This document shows, piece after piece, positions 37,551 through 49,813 of a stretch of DNA of 64,000 nucleotides. This stretch comes from Tubulanus polymorphus (lineage: Eukaryota > Animalia > Nemertea), in assembly GCF_964204645.1 (NCBI RefSeq), contig NC_134032.1, positions 3,620,175-3,684,174 on the forward strand. The letters are read 5' to 3'. Numbering within the stretch: the stretch's first letter is position 1; each line of letters begins with the position of its first letter. Both the position numbers and the translations under genes were made by a program. Under the pieces are notes generated by a model, which worked only from the letters and a program-made list of their open reading frames with translations, was not told the DNA's origin and did not search any database.

Positions 37551-40475
37551 TTACAAATTCATTAGATACAATTTAAGTTTTCTTTTGAAAGTATCTATAC
37601 ACGACAGTCGTTTTAAACTTTTTGGCAAATTATTCCAGACAACAGGACCAGATATTTTTACTGTGAATTGTGTTTTGTTAGTCCGAAATCTGGCAACACG
37701 AAAAGAATTCATATTTCTGGTTGAATACGAGTGTATATCAACATTCTTTTTGAAATACCGATTAAAGGAATTTGGCAATTTTGAATTATTGAATTTGAAC
37801 ATAAATAGACTTAATTGAAATTTTGTAATATGTCTAAATTTTAGGATATTAAATTTCTTGAAGATAGGGTCAGTGTGTTCTAGGAAATGAGACTTATTAA
37901 CTATTCTTACTGCTCTTTTTTGTAGTAAAATTAGTGGATTAAGCTTGTTTGCATAATTACTTCCCCAGATTAAATTACAATATTGTAAATGAGGATAAAC
38001 AAAACTATAATAAAGGGTAATAAGGATATTTGATGGGAAATGCTTTTTTAATCTGGTTAAAATTCCAATGGAGCATGACACTTTACTGCAGACATATTTG
38101 ATATGGACATCCCAATTTAATTTGTCATCTATAAAAAGACCAAGAAAATTCGTACTATGTACACGTTTGATTAATTCTCCATTTAACCATATGGAAGAAT
38201 TAAAGTGATCTACACGACCAAAAATCATAAAGTGGCATTTCGCAATATCTATTGAAAGTTTGTTTACTTGATACCAGATGCCAAGTTTCGCCAGTTCAGA
38301 ATTTACTATGGAAACCAATTCTTTGATATTAGAGTTACTATAAAAACAATTCGTGTCATCGGCAAAGAGGATAAAATGGAGTAATTTGGACGCATTAACG
38401 CAATCGTTAACGTATAATAAAAAGAGCAAAGGGCCTAGAATAGAACCCTGGGGTACACCAATTGATACATTTAATGGAGACGATAAGGTATTGTTGAAAC
38501 TTAAAACTTGACTCCTGCCAGTCAGGTAGCTTTTAAACCAATCATGAGGAACACCTCGGATTCCGTAATAATCAAGCTTCATTAACAAAATGTCATGGTT
38601 AACGGTGTCGAATGTCTTAGACAGGTCCAAGAATAATCCAATAGTAATATTCTTATTTTCCAAGGCTTCAGAAAGATTATCAACAACCTTGGTTAATGCC
38701 AAATCTGTTGAATGTTTTGAACGAAAGCCAAACTGGTCGGGAATTACAATATCCTGTTTGTTACAAAAGGAAACCAATCTGTTGTAAACTAGTTTTTCCA
38801 GAATTTTTGAGAAGCTAGGAAGCAAAGATATGGGTCGATAATTATTTAAAGAATTAGGGGCTCCGGATTTAAACAAAGGACAAACTTTCGCAATTTTGAG
38901 TTCATTGGGAACTATTCCAGTCTGAAGACTACGGTTAAAGATATGGGATAAAGGGAACTTAATGATGTCAATCACCTGTTTTATAACAAAAATACTCAAA
39001 CCATCGACACCGGCACTCTTCTTTAAGGGGAAACCCGAGACCACATCACTTATTTCATGAGGTGAAGTCGGAAAGAGAAATAGACTTTCATTGACACGTT
39101 TATTCATATATTGATGAAAGGATTGCCCTGTATCAGGGATTTGAGAAGCAAGCCTTTCACCAATATTTGCAAAAAAATTGTTAAACTCGTTGGCGATGTT
39201 TATATTACCAGAAATAACACGTTGATCAGAAGTAAAAGAATTAGGCATTTTAGAAAAAATGTTTCTACCTAAAACTGTGTTCAACAGTTTCCACTTTTCT
39301 TTCATATCATTTCCAGCAGCGAGCAATTTTTCAGAATAATAATTAGATTCGGCTTTGTTAATAAGCTTTGAAATGAGATTTTTGTACGAGTTGTATTTTG
39401 ATTTTATTTTTTCTGAACGTGTTCTAATAAATTTCCTATAAAGGTTGTTTTTTGTTTTAATTGCTGCGATAATACCAGGAGTTATCCATGGTTTATGGAA
39501 TGAGGGATTAATATGATTAACTGGTACCAGAGGAAAAACTTGATTGAAAACTAAAGAAACTTTTTCAATGAAAGTAGTGTAAGCAACTGAGGGATTATCA
39601 GATGAATACACTTCACTCCAGTTAATATTCATTAGTAATCTGTTGAAATTAGAAATATTGCGCTGCGAGAAAATTCTAGTTTTAAAAGGTTGTCTGTCAG
39701 ACAGAGGCTGATCACCACTGCAGATAGTAAATATTGGGTAATGATCCGAAAGGTCGGTCATAAAAATCCCAGATTTGTGAACATGTCGCAAATCGTTACA
39801 AAAAATATTGTCAATTAAGGATGTCGAGTCACAAGTTACTCGAGTTGGCTTGTCAATCAAAGGTGAAAAAGAATGAGAAAATAAAGATTCGAGAAATATT
39901 TCAGTATGTTTGTGCGTATCATATTTCATGAGATCTATATTAAAGTCCCCCACCAGGTAGCAAAGTTTGTTCTCGCGAGTAATTTCTGCCGTTAAAACTT
40001 CAAATTCATCTTGAAAAGTTGGTAATTTTCCTCCTGGAGGTCTATATATTACTCCAATAATAATATTGGATTTTTTATCTAAAACAATTTCGATGAATAA
40101 AGATTCGAAAGTATGATTCCTAGTTGATAAGTCTGTCCGTACTTTGAAATTGAAATTTTCCTTTAGGAAGAGAGCTACGCCGCCACCAAGTTGACCATTG
40201 GCGCGGGATTTAAAAATACTCGTGTAACCGTTAATTCTATACAAATTGGAGTTAGAATTATTTGAATTAGTCCAAGTCTCGGTCAAACCAATGACCGAAA
40301 ATTGACCATTACAACAATTCAAAAAATCAGTTAAACTGTCAAAATTTTTGTTGACACTTCTGATGTTATGAGAAATGATGGATAGACTTCCCCGTTCAAG
40401 AGGAGGATCCTCGTCAACATTAAAGTACAAACAACTGTTGTTTGTACAAGGTATATCAGTTACTGAGCTTTTCAT
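37551..40475 (-). CDS. LINE ORF2: APE endonuclease + reverse transcriptase, uninterrupted
   Basis: 974 aa; HNIRS, LTETW, GGGVA, IYRPP, GDFN, SDHYP; RT motifs NYRPISLL, QFGFR, LDLSKTFD, GVPQGSILGP, FADD. Confidence 0.97.
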   Translation of the reverse strand: MKSSVTDIPCTNNSCLYFNVDEDPPLERGSLSIISHNIRSVNKNFDSLTDFLNCCNGQFSVIGLTETWTNSNNSNSNLYRINGYTSIFKSRANGQLGGGVALFLKENFNFKVRTDLSTRNHTFESLFIEIVLDKKSNIIIGVIYRPPGGKLPTFQDEFEVLTAEITRENKLCYLVGDFNIDLMKYDTHKHTEIFLESLFSHSFSPLIDKPTRVTCDSTSLIDNIFCNDLRHVHKSGIFMTDLSDHYPIFTICSGDQPLSDRQPFKTRIFSQRNISNFNRLLMNINWSEVYSSDNPSVAYTTFIEKVSLVFNQVFPLVPVNHINPSFHKPWITPGIIAAIKTKNNLYRKFIRTRSEKIKSKYNSYKNLISKLINKAESNYYSEKLLAAGNDMKEKWKLLNTVLGRNIFSKMPNSFTSDQRVISGNINIANEFNNFFANIGERLASQIPDTGQSFHQYMNKRVNESLFLFPTSPHEISDVVSGFPLKKSAGVDGLSIFVIKQVIDIIKFPLSHIFNRSLQTGIVPNELKIAKVCPLFKSGAPNSLNNYRPISLLPSFSKILEKLVYNRLVSFCNKQDIVIPDQFGFRSKHSTDLALTKVVDNLSEALENKNITIGLFLDLSKTFDTVNHDILLMKLDYYGIRGVPHDWFKSYLTGRSQVLSFNNTLSSPLNVSIGVPQGSILGPLLFLLYVNDCVNASKLLHFILFADDTNCFYSNSNIKELVSIVNSELAKLGIWYQVNKLSIDIAKCHFMIFGRVDHFNSSIWLNGELIKRVHSTNFLGLFIDDKLNWDVHIKYVCSKVSCSIGILTRLKKHFPSNILITLYYSFVYPHLQYCNLIWGSNYANKLNPLILLQKRAVRIVNKSHFLEHTDPIFKKFNILKFRHITKFQLSLFMFKFNNSKLPNSFNRYFKKNVDIHSYSTRNMNSFRVARFRTNKTQFTVKISGPVVWNNLPKSLKRLSCIDTFKRKLKLYLMNL

Positions 40476-40500
40476 ACAAATAACAAGTCATGGTGTTTGA

Positions 40501-41560
40501 CTAATATTCAACGTATTGTTTTTTCCTGGTTTTTTCTATTGAAGGTGGTGTTCCGGATAGTGATCTCTCCTTTCGTTTTGCCGAGGTCGGTGTGCAGAAA
40601 GCATCACTAGTGACGCCATCTATTGCCTCGCAAAAGTGTTTAAGCAATGCAAGCTTGCCGGTTTCACTGAGGTGAATACCACTTTTATCGGTCGGCGAAT
40701 AAAAGTGGTCCAAAGCTTTACCAGACGGTTTAAGTTTCAATATAGTGTCATTATCAATAAACATGATATTCTGTTCCGCGCATAGTTTCCCGATATGGTT
40801 GTTAACTGCTATTGCAAGGCTGTTGTACTCTTTTACGTTGTTGGAGTTACCTTTTCTTGGAATGATACTAGAGAAGTGAATCTGGGCTTCATTGAAATGT
40901 TCCGTTGTTTTGGCCATGGCTAAGGACAGATTCACCACTACAGTGTCACTGTCATTTTTGTTGTTACTTATATCGTTTGTACCTAAGTGGAGAATAACGT
41001 CAGTAATCGACGATCGATCTAGAATCTGATTGTCAGCTTTATTCAGAAGCGATGAAATCTTTTCACCGCTAGCACCAGGCTGGCAAATAACCGTGCCATT
41101 CGGAAACTCGAAGTCACGGAGGTTAGAATCACCGATTACTAATACATTATTTGTAATAGTATTGGACAGCGGTTCGCTTGACGTTTTCTCGCAATAGTCA
41201 CGCGCTTCGTTGGATATCGTGTCGCTCAGAGTCACGGTACAATCACGAGCTTTATGCTCTGCGGCGCCACATTTGAAACACTTAAATCGTGACGGACAGT
41301 CAGCTGAGCGATGATCGCCAAGGCAATGTTGACACCCTATACCCTCACAGTACACTCTTACGCGGAATCCATCGATTGATGTGAAGTTTGGAATAACTTT
41401 ATTAACTTGTTTCAATTTCAAATATCTGGTCCCAGTATATATTTGAGTGTCCCTTATCACGCCTTTTTTTACCGATCCTTCAACATAATCACCATAATTT
41501 TTAATAAAGTTGACAATGGTCAGATCCGACATCTCATACGGAGCATCGACTATTTTCACA
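40501..41560 (-). CDS. LINE ORF1: two CCHC knuckles + SGNH esterase; N-terminus disrupted
   Basis: CQHCLGDHRSADC and CFKCGAAEHKARDC; SGNH blocks VIGDS, PGA, HLGTND, SGIHL. Confidence 0.85.
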
Positions 41561-42617
41561 GACAAAAGGAAAAAGAGGAAGGAAAAGAATGTGCATAGAA
41601 AATCTAAATTAATAATAATGATAAAAGAGATACTGTACAATATCTTTAAAAACACTCAACAGGATTTCGGAATAAATCTAGGGTTGTGCCACAGATACCA
41701 ATTTGCTGAAGGATTTGGGTGACTGGGCATTAACAACTGATGCAGAGAGATTATTCAATTGGGCTTTGGAAATAGTTTTTGTGCGTATAGCAGTGTTTGT
41801 AGTTTCCTGAATGATTAGAAACGACGCTATTTTCAAAAATCTTATAATGGGAATAATTTATGCTTTTGATTATGTGGTCGGAAGGCGTCCATTATCGTAT
41901 TCGAACATAAATTCATTGAGGAATAGGAAGTTTTGACAATTTTACGTCGAGCCATTTTTACTACCGGCCACACCTGCCAGGAATGAAACGGGGTGTATTC
42001 CTGAAATAGGATAACGAAACCAACAGATGTATTAGATGTATTGGATACAGGTTGATTCTCTTTTTTAATCGATGTGCTGGACACTTCGGTTTCTTTTTGG
42101 ATCGGATAAAAACCATCCTGGACAAGGAAGTGACCTAAATGGGGAAATTTTTGTCCGTTGCCTAATCTAATGCCGACAACTTTACCCCGGAGAGTGGGAC
42201 ATCATACTACTCCGGAACCTAGCTCAATTGTCTTTCTCGTGCACATGACGTCGTGGTTTGTTCGCCAAGCAGTCGTGGATACTTGTCATACTATCTTGAG
42301 ATAACTACATATAATAACAAGACCCGATAATCAACATACTTGGTTATTTATGACCATGACCATAGGGAGAAACTGACCCCAGCCAGATACGTGTGAAATT
42401 TGGCCCATGTCAATTGAAAAGGGCACAGTATTCACCGATTCGCATTCACACGAAGATTCATAATTTGGCACGTGCCTGGTCTTACGTTTTGGTCGGACTA
42501 TATTCTTCCCGTTTCAAACAGGCATGTGTCCGGCACCTCCACGCCCGGGCGCATTTCAGAAATTATCGGTGATTGCAATGAATAATGGGTTTATCTGTAA
42601 ATATTATGCATCAATTT

Positions 42618-42954
42618 GTTCAGTAAGGAATTTGCATTCAGAAATAAATCATGATGTGGCATAGATTTGTTTGTGTTTTTCATCTATCAGCGAAAGTTTA
42701 CCTAGCATACGTTCGCGTAATGCTGAAAAATCTGCTTTTATGCCCCGTCACGTGGTGGCACCTACTGCATTTTGATATGCTAATGAGCAGGTGATGACGT
42801 AACTGTAACGTTTCCGAGCGTCCGGTGAGCTGATTTTTAAGCATTACACGAGCGTATGCTGAGTATGCTGAGTAAACTATCGCTCATAAATGAAAACAAA
42901 AACACATTTAGTAGAAATTGTTGATTATTTCTGAATGCAAATCCCTCACTGAAC
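42618..42954. mobile_element. MITE-like foldback element
   Basis: Long imperfect inverted arms: GTTCAGTAAGGAATTTGCATTCAGAAATAA ... TTATTTCTGAATGCAAATCCCTCACTGAAC. Confidence 0.7.
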
Positions 42955-43012
42955 GTCTTTCGGAGAGCAGGTGTGATAGACAGTAACTGTTTATTCTATT
43001 GGAAGTCTGTTC

Positions 43013-43492
43013 TAATCATCAGTTTTGATACCCAGGTTTATCTTGAATTTATTTTCTTCTTGTATTTTAGTAACTAAGTCGGTTTGTTCCTTATTTTCTC
43101 GAAAATGTATCCTTTTGCTGGAGCTCAGTTTCCTTTGGTCTCTTGGTACAGGCAGCACCCTCGCTCTTCGGTGTTGTCATATCGCGGAAAGACGGAATCG
43201 CGGAATTTTCCAAAAACGCGGAATTTCTTCATTTTTACTTTAAATAGAAAACGGGTTTTCCCACGGGGATACCCGTGCCTAATATAAACATATTATCCGC
43301 AATTGCAAGTAGTCGTAGAATGTAATATGTGGTTACTTCTGATTTAAAACGATATAGAATGACATATGTGTAAATATTGAGGAAAATTCCAGTGCTCCAA
43401 ATTGCAGGTAAACAGTAAACATACACGATTACGATGTTAAAGATGACCTTATTCAATGAACAGTGTTGTTCAACTGTAGAATTTTCCATCGT
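43013..43492 (-). pseudogene. GPCR remnant: TM1-TM2 and a possible C-terminal tail separated by a solo TIR
   Basis: MENSTVEQHC...PAIWSTGIFLNIYTYVIL...ILRLLAIADNMFILGT breaks at the repeat 43169-43277; a hydrophilic frame (RRARVLP...KTDD*) follows. Confidence 0.7.
43169..43277. mobile_element. Solo TIR of the Mutator-like element at 43994-45173
   Basis: CGGTGTTGTCATATCGCGGAA...GGGATACCCGTG matches both TIRs of that element. Confidence 0.85.
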
Positions 43493-43993
43493 GCCATTTG
43501 AGCCGTTTCTTATTGTCGTCCTTGGCAGTAACATAACTGGCGAGAGAGATTTTACGGCATTAAGAAATAATCGCTGAATGCTATGGTAACAGATTCTCAA
43601 TAGATTAATGATGCTGTCGGGCACTACGTAGAGTTACATTTGAACACTGCGCTGGCATTACACTTTCAGAAGTATATTATGAAGTAATCAATAACACTGC
43701 TTCTATTTGAATCACATTTTACTAATAGAAGGAACATGATATTGCGTAAGTTTTGTTTGACAAATTGAATAAAAAAATTAGTCATAAACATAATCCATTT
43801 AGAGTATATGAATACTAGCACAACCCGTCCACGGGAGGGTTTAGATACGAGCTATAGCTACCCGTTACCTCAGAGGAGATTTGCTAAAATATTGTCAGCG
43901 GAGGATTCGGGATTTCGGTTAGGGGAGGACAAAGCAAAGTTTTTGGTCTGGGAGTTCCCCCCGAAATTCTTTTGAATATAAGATGCGCCTGAG

Positions 43994-45173
43994 CGGTGTT
44001 GTCATATCGCGGAATCACGGAATCGCAGCATTTTCCAACAACACGGAATTTCTGCATTTCCACTATACATAATAACCGTGTTTTTCCGCGGGATATCCCT
44101 TGTTGGACCAGGCACCGGACGCATGTTTTCATTACCGATACCTGGTAGGCCTATGTGATAATCTATTACCATCGTCACTCAACAAATTAATGATACTTCC
44201 AAACGAAAAAATGGAGAATCTACGTGGGCAATTAATCTATCAACATTGACTGCTGAACCAATCACAGTAATTTGTGCATCGGGCCTGTACTCAAGGCAGT
44301 GCGTCGGGTGAGACGAGTTCTGTGAATGTTACCATTAATAAACCTTTATACTAATTCAATAAATGCTGCATTGTGAAATAGAAATAAAAACGATGGTTAT
44401 TAAAACTGCACTGTTTCACTGGTCGTATTATGACCAAACGAGGTACGTTTTCATACGGTCAAGAGAAATTATCCCAAAATGAACGATGTCAGACGAAAAC
44501 AGATACACATTATGCATATTCTGGCTTTGGACTTTTAATGCGAGTAAATTGTGATTGATGCGGGTGTGGTGTATCTAGAAGAGCTAATAAAAGTTGAATG
44601 ATGTTAAAGATTATATATAAAATGGTATCTTTTTTTAACTCCGTTATTCTTGAAGCGAAAGCTGTTACTTAGTTGATTCCGTTATTCTTGAAGAGAAAGC
44701 TGTTACTTAGTTGATTCTCCGCGTTGATTCCTTGAGTCTAAATACGTATTATCGGTACTAGACGGCGGTTTCTATTGAAATAATATTCATGGAATCGCGG
44801 TACATGTTTGGTAGTAGCACATTTCATGTTTGCAGCCATCTGAAACTACGAACCAAGCTAGAGCGACTGTGCTCAAATCTACTTGAGATCGCAAAAAGTC
44901 GATTGACATCGATAACCGAAGTTTGCCCTGGTGCCAATCTCTTTGTCCGACTACATTTTGACTGCAGATGAACGGTATCATAGAACAACAATGTCAGATT
45001 GCGTGCTTAATAGTGTGATTCGAAGCTAACTCAGTGCATCGATTGGTCAGGTGCCTTGACCGACACAGGGCATCCCCGCGGGAAAACATGGTTACTATTT
45101 ATAGTGAGAGTGAAGAAAATCCGTGTTTTTAAAAAACTCCGCGATTCAGTTATTCCGCGATATGACAACACCG
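43994..45173. mobile_element. Non-autonomous Mutator-like element (~108-bp TIRs, 9-bp TSD)
   Basis: TIRs at 43994-44102 and 45064-45173; flanks GCGCCTGAG / GCGCCTCAG (9 bp, 1 mismatch). Confidence 0.8.
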
Positions 45174-45311
45174 GCGCCTCAGATGCATCTGTGACACGGT
45201 TGGAGTCCAAAACCATGGACTCCAAAAACCAAGAGATTGTTTCGTGAGGAGGTGGTGCACATGCTAGAAGTGCACCCCTGCATCTGTTGCTGATGGAAAT
45301 ATTGTCGTTTC

Positions 45312-47321
45312 ATTAAATCTGAAATGAGCCACTTCTCCGCTGAATATAGGGTTGCCATGACATAGAATAATTTGGAAAACCTTACAAAATAACGAAGGTT
45401 GAACCTTTCAAAGGTATGAATTTGAAAATTTGAACGCCTTTATTCTCCAGGTCAATCATTCTCATTCATGGAAAAACCACTTCTATTTTTTGCAAATTCC
45501 CATGTAATGATCCATGTACGAAGTACATGAAAAAAAACTGAATTTCCCGTACAATTAAAGCATACGGGTTAACAGGCATGCAGAATAACATTTTTCCTCG
45601 TGTCTTTCCGAGCCAGCAATCGGACTTCGTGGAATAATTCATCTGTCCCATCGTGTTGAATTTGTATAATATTGCTATCAATCTTCCTGCTGGGAGTTCG
45701 ATTATCTTTTTGAACCAATTACTTTGAATTGCATTACTAAAATAGTTCACGTCATTTAGCTAACCAATTGTTCCACTTGTAATTATATTTTTCTATAAGT
45801 GATATTCCCGGGGCTACCAGTCAATGGGTGCACTGTAATGACGTAAAGAAAGCATGGTCCAGAAATATATCTTAACTTTATCCTCAAGGCATGAAACAGA
45901 TTTTTTAAATATCAAAACCTACCATGTCAGAGGCTACCCGTATGAAAGTGGTAAGAAAAATAAATTCAAAAAGAATGAATGCGTGTGTCACTGAGACAGG
46001 TTATTCATAGTATTACTGTTTCAGTCCCCTCGCCGTTACGTATCTCCTGCAGTGAAATATAACCCAGTTCACCAATTCGGACACTGTGATATCGTCCAGT
46101 TTCTTAACGAAGATGGCGGGACCCAAGGCATAATTGGGAGAATTCGCGGCGATTTGTGAAGTTGTTGGCAACAACATAATTTTCGTTAATAAAGCGTGAT
46201 TAAAATTCGGCTACATTCCTGATAATGATAAGTCGCAGATTCCACAGTTTATCTTGCGCTAACTACCTGATCGCTTTGTCTATCAGTGATTTAGTGTTCT
46301 GTGTCGGTTTTACGCTGATGCCTATTTTACAGTTTGTTCTCTTTAGTCTAAATACTGGTCAAATAATCTTGGTAGATTCACTGATCAGTTGTCAAATATA
46401 CGAATTCTTGATAAATTCGATGGGCGCCGATAGTGCCTGGTTAATGCTAGCGATATCTCCAGAACGTGCGGCAGTTGTGCTCTTCCCGTTCACATCTCGT
46501 TTGATATGTAGACCAAGATTCGCCCGATGCGTTGTTGCTTTTATGTCCACAATAAATGCATTTGTAATAATTGGTGTTCATCCAGTAGCAACAATGAAAT
46601 ATGTTTATCCTTTCGGAAAATCTTCGACAATCTCCTACAAATCTTCGGACCAAACCTTACTTTTTATGATATGATGTGTAATATACGTTTTTCTTGTACC
46701 GTTAACTTTCATATAAATATCAAATTCAGTCATAATAATTCAGTTATTCAGAGGTTCAAAAATGGTTTCGTCCGATCAGAAAACTACAAAATCAAAACGT
46801 ACAACAATAATGCTTCTAACAGTTTCACTCGCATTTGCAATTTTTACACTGCCAAACTCTCTGGTCGTACTTTAACCAATCCCACCGGAACATACAGACT
46901 CCCTCATAGATATTTCCTCCCAGTTCGAATCGTGTAATTATGTCGTGAATTTCTACATATCCCTTTTTACTGGGACAAGAAATTCGTGAATATTTCTGTA
47001 TGATAATCCGCTGTAGAAATTCATTTAAATAACCATCGATTTCAAGTTTTTGATTTATTCAGCGAATATAATATAACGCTTTAAAACAGTTTCATGAATT
47101 CATCGTCAAGCTAATAATTACTGTACCGACCAACGGCCCCTATATGACCTTATTTCTTATGATACACGCGCGTTCCTCTCTCATTCCATAACCAACCTCC
47201 ACTTTAAAATCGTATATTGCCTGCCTATAGTCCGTTCAGTCGGTTTTCCAGACTCGAAGTGTCTGGTCCGGTATACGGAAGAAGTGACCCGAGAAAAAAT
47301 GTCCCCAGAAAAAATAACAAT
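45312..47321 (+). repeat. Inverted segmental duplication of 24225-27747 with an internal ~1.4-kb deletion
   Basis: 45312-~46202 is the reverse complement of ~26747-27747, and ~46203-47321 is the reverse complement of 24225-~25323. Confidence 0.92.
46204..47032 (+). pseudogene. GPCR pseudogene (duplicate of 24513-25463)
   Basis: Lacks the start codon and most of TM1; a frameshift leads to a stop at 46674 and further disruptions; otherwise nearly identical to the parent. Confidence 0.92.
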
Positions 47322-48842
47322 AAAAATAACAACAATATTTTAACATTTGATTACAAATAATAGCTCTACTTTGATTTGATCATTTGTATTATAACTGTAA
47401 CATCTCAAATTTGACGTATCATGTAATGAGTTCATATGATCTCAATAAGCATATTTAATGCCAAAATTCTAGGCCTATAATTCTCATGGTCACTCAATGC
47501 ATTTTTTATGGTTAGTGTTTGTGCTAACAAGTTTGTTCTCTGGTATTATTTTTGAGTTTTTGACTTTCAGTTTCAAACACTGGAGTCCTCTGAACGGGAC
47601 AAAAGCTGTTGGTATTCAGTTCTGCAATACCACAGGCACTTGAATATGGGCTTTGATAATGGATAAATATTTGATGATAATTTACCAGCGATACGTTAAT
47701 CCTACTTCGATGGATCCACCATGTTTGATAATGAATTTACCCATGATGCAATGCGCACCCGTCGTTTAACTATACTAAACAGAAAGGCTGGAAACGATGC
47801 TATCTCCGTAATGCTTAAATCTACCCGCAATTGTCGGGACAGCGGTGACATCACAACCCACCGAAGAGCCATGTCGATGATGTCCGATTGCGACTACGGG
47901 AAAGTTCTGGATTGTTCGGACCACATCGGATTACAGGAAATATGGCGCGCTGATTGGGAACACAGCTGGGATGTATTACCACGTAATTTTACTGCTTTTA
48001 CGCATGTTTGAAGGCCTTTAAAAGGAAAGTACACATAGTTATTGCCGATGACTTGCCTAGTTGTTTATTTTCCCATTTATTTTTATCATGGGATGGAGGG
48101 GGTGCCGTCAAAACCTGTAGAGTGCAGTACCACCGAGCCAGCAGCATGAGGGATTCGATGGCATATTTGTCCATAATACTAATAGTCCTTTAGTTTGAAG
48201 TAATAATTCATAATGTTGGTTCTCTCACATTCCAGTAGGCCTTTACATGCCCATTTCTTGAATTCGGCTGATACTTTCCACGAATGTTCGACTTTTGGCC
48301 TGGTGTATTTAAACGCTGATTCTGGTTTGAGCTTGCCTTATAGAAGATGGACCCACATCTTTTTTGCCGAGTTCTTATCAAATTTAGTTTGGTTTTTCTT
48401 GCATTGTCCATTTTCCGAATTGGTTTCGTATCAACTTTTCACCGTGCCCATGTAGACTGAGCGGGGTAGTCTTTTAATAGTGTATTAAGTGCATTTACTA
48501 ATGCGTTAGTGAGGTTTGGCCAGGTTTATAATGTTTCAAACAATTCATTACATAGTTTATGAGAATGGGCTTGTGAGCAACCCATTGAAGACTAGGTCAC
48601 AGGCAGTTGCTGTTATTGCATTCACTTTTCCGTTTTTGAGATTTTGCAAGGTGTGTTAATGTTTCATTACCACACTGGGCTTGTAATGGGCTTGTGATCT
48701 CTCTATAGAAGGCTGGGTCTGTGTACTTGCTGTTATTGCATTCACTTTTCCATATTTGAGATTTGGCCATGTGCTTATTGGTTTTTAAAAACATTGACTC
48801 GTTAATGCTTTTTCTCGTTTCCATATGACAAATTGCTGAAAT

Positions 48843-49527
48843 ATGCTTAATCAACAACAATCAAACATCATTTTCTTAGCGACCGCTGGCCATAGCCTAT
48901 GTATTTGTGGTCAAGCAGGTACTGGCAAGTCGTTTTGTTTGCACCATATATATAAAACCATGCGTAGAAATGGTAAGGCGGAATCCGTTTGTGCGAGTAC
49001 TGGCATAGCATGCCTCCAGCTCTAGCAATATGAATGCAAAGACTTTACATAGTTGGAGTGGTATTCAAGATGGACGATATTCGAAATCTGAATTATCTCA
49101 TCGGTTTTCACATGATTCTTCATTATCCAATGTAAAGTCTGCTATATCTGAGACAGAGGTTTTGATCATTGATGAAATCTCGATGATATCCCGTCATGTT
49201 TTCGAACAGGTGGAGTATGTTTGTCGGTTAGTTCGTAATAATGATAGTAATTTTGGAGGATTGCAAGTTATTCTTAGTGGTGACTTCTTTCAGCTCCCAC
49301 TTGTTCCAAATCCATCCTGTTATGATGACGATAAATACTGCTTTATGGGTGATGTTTTCAAATTCCATCACGTATGTATTTTGGAGCAAGTAGTTCGTCA
49401 AAGTGAAATGAGAAACAGAATTCAATTAGATTCATTACCTGGAGAAATTAAAATCTACAAGTCATCCAATGAATTTGGTTCACTTTCAGACATCAATTCA
49501 CTTTCAGCTATTCAGAATCTATATTAA
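48843..49527 (+). pseudogene. PIF1-family (SF1B) DNA helicase, decayed
   Basis: GQAGTGKS, ASTGIAC, TLHSWSGI, IIDEISM, FGGLQVILSGDFFQLP, VVRQ; stop/frameshift at 49023-49030; C-terminal motifs missing. Confidence 0.9.
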
Positions 49528-49813
49528 CGGAAACGTATTTGGAACCTTACACGTCTCTATCTAACAATACGGATTGCAGTAAATCCCAATGCATTTCAGT
49601 AAACCACACCAATCGGTTACTTGGTTTTCCATGAGGGAATAATAGCACATGAAAAACACCTCAATGTTACAATACGGGTTTCGGCAAATCTCATGAAATT
49701 CAGTATCTACGGCCAATCGGTAACTTAGTTTGGAATGCGACATTTGGAATATTGTCTGTACAGCTATAAAACCATTGCACACTGTTGCTGACTGAAAGTA
49801 TCGAGATGTCAGC

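Larger units (their letters stand above)
37258..42250 (-). mobile_element. Near full-length CR1/L2-group LINE (Crack/Daphne-like)
   Basis: ORF1 + ORF2 arrangement; minus-strand AATAAA and (TTA)n tail at ~37258-37285. The 5' boundary is approximate. Confidence 0.9.

Noticed and set aside
48843-49527. Canonical Helitron or the host PIF1 gene
   Set aside because: No HUH Rep or recognisable CTRR hairpin end; intronless, decayed and lacking the N-terminal domain of cellular PIF1.
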